Source: an uncultured virus (IMG/VR IMGVR_UViG_3300015171_000006) (lineage: Duplodnaviria; Heunggongvirae; Uroviricota; Caudoviricetes). From it: a DNA stretch of 55,093 nucleotides. The notes beneath the pieces were generated by a model. It was not told the DNA's origin. It ran no database searches and was given only the letters and a program-made list of their open reading frames with translations. The translations under genes and the position numbers were made by a program. The DNA lies in the IMG/VR virus record IMGVR_UViG_3300015171_000006, positions 1-55,093 of that record; one strand, 5' to 3'. Shown here piece after piece: positions 54,152-55,093 of this stretch (position 1 is its first letter; every line of letters starts with the position of its first letter).

Positions 54152-54811
54152 ATGGAAAGAAGGAAGTTTATAATTACCGTGAAGCAAAGGATTATTCTTG
54201 GACTTGTAGGCCTTTTCTTCACTTTTGCTATTGCATATATTAAAGGATGCTTTAATAAAACGGAAGCTAAAAAAATGCCAGTAGTCAATTCTCATATTAG
54301 TAATTATCAATCGAGCATCGGTCAACAATATAATGCGGGTAGAGATATAGTATTTTCTTCGCCAACCTCAAAGGTTGATACAAACACCACTAATCCATTG
54401 TTAACCAAAGTGCATACAGGGCAAAAAAACCAAAGAAAATTTAACAGCACTAAAAAAGATACTCTAATTGTTAACAATGGTTTTATAAATAATGGAGGAG
54501 TTGGCAATACGTATAACCAAACAATGAACCCTCCTTCGGAACAAAGGCACTTAAGCCCACTGGATAAAATTTACCTTGATACTGCCTTTTCTCCTAACTT
54601 AAAATTTTTCTTATTAGATGTTTACAATTTTGACAAGGAAAGTTTGAACTTATCAAATGAAATAAGTAATTACTTGGAATCAAAAAACTATACACCAATG
54701 ATGCGGCAACCAGAAAATATTCTTGGCGGAGTTCCGAAGGATAGCTTAGGCAAAATTAATATTATAAAATATGATGGGAGTTTTAAGATAATTATTTATC
54801 CATTGAAATAA
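54152..54811 (+). CDS. Membrane-anchored hypothetical protein (module B cargo)
   Basis: Basic N-terminus, one TM segment, low-complexity linker, globular C-terminus. Confidence 0.72.
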   Translation: MERRKFIITVKQRIILGLVGLFFTFAIAYIKGCFNKTEAKKMPVVNSHISNYQSSIGQQYNAGRDIVFSSPTSKVDTNTTNPLLTKVHTGQKNQRKFNSTKKDTLIVNNGFINNGGVGNTYNQTMNPPSEQRHLSPLDKIYLDTAFSPNLKFFLLDVYNFDKESLNLSNEISNYLESKNYTPMMRQPENILGGVPKDSLGKINIIKYDGSFKIIIYPLK

Positions 54812-54932
54812 TTTTTACCCAAGGATTAATCCTATTACAATGCCAATTCTAATTGCTTTCACTATAAGTCTATAAGGGATACCAAATAACAATTTTAATT
54901 AACGCAGTCAGTTTTAGAACGGTAAATTTACC

Positions 54933-55093
54933 ACGTATGATATTGAAAGATTGCTCAAAAACCAGCAATCTTGCTTCGCTCTAAAAGACATTTTTTATTT
55001 TACTTTTTAAGCCAATCGGCCAAGCTATGCAGCTCCTATGAAAGCTGATTTTTTGCCGCATACGCTAAATTAAAAAATCACTTTCCAGCCAGT
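54933..55093 (+). repeat. Left part of module-junction element (copy A), cut by the contig end
   Basis: Matches 52095-52255. Confidence 0.93.

Larger units (their letters stand above)
1..55093. mobile_element. Temperate HK97-type tailed phage genome, probably circular/excised form, probable Bacteroidota host
   Basis: Complete head, tail, lysis, lysogeny and replication modules. Gene order continues across the contig ends (gp10-like gene at 1.5 kb then tail terminator at 51.7 kb). Integrase and putative attP are internal and no host housekeeping genes are seen. Confidence 0.93.

Noticed and set aside
52095-55093. Repeat copies as pure assembly artefact or phage direct terminal repeats
   Set aside because: Copies differ by substitutions and internal segments and have distinct flanks, and the two contig ends do not overlap each other. 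Long reads are still needed to fully exclude misjoins.

Overview
This window looks like a nearly complete temperate HK97-type tailed phage genome (long non-contractile tail inferred), about 55 kb and probably circular. The host is most likely Bacteroidota, judged from a TAnnTTTG promoter, AT-rich leaders, signal peptides followed by Gln, a DUF4373 replication protein and the integrase type. On the minus strand the order is terS-terL-portal-minor head-protease-major capsid-glycosyltransferase/methyltransferase-neck genes, then across the contig junction tail terminator-major tail-chaperones-tape measure-tail/fibre genes-lysis. A repressor/Cro switch, putative attP and integrase sit at 31.3-33.7 kb, and an early recombination/replication operon at 15.4-31.2 kb. 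Two site-specific cassette systems stand out. (1) Six XerC/XerD dif-like sites with an unusual 7-bp central region occur in inverted pairs and bound gene-carrying modules in two islands: between terL and portal, and between the gp10-like gene and tail terminator. Adjacent modules are separated by a non-coding spacer with a perfect 25-bp hairpin. (2) A mini integron-like locus has a second tyrosine recombinase lacking the IntI insertion, an attI-like site and two attC-like cassettes. Other notable features: a GT11+GT2/GT7 glycosyltransferase and a methyltransferase in the head module, signal peptides on tail-fibre-position proteins, a receiver-TM-PAS trio next to the lysis genes, and a three-copy bipartite late-promoter motif with a candidate RHH regulator. 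All functional calls rest on motif recognition and synteny; no searches were run.
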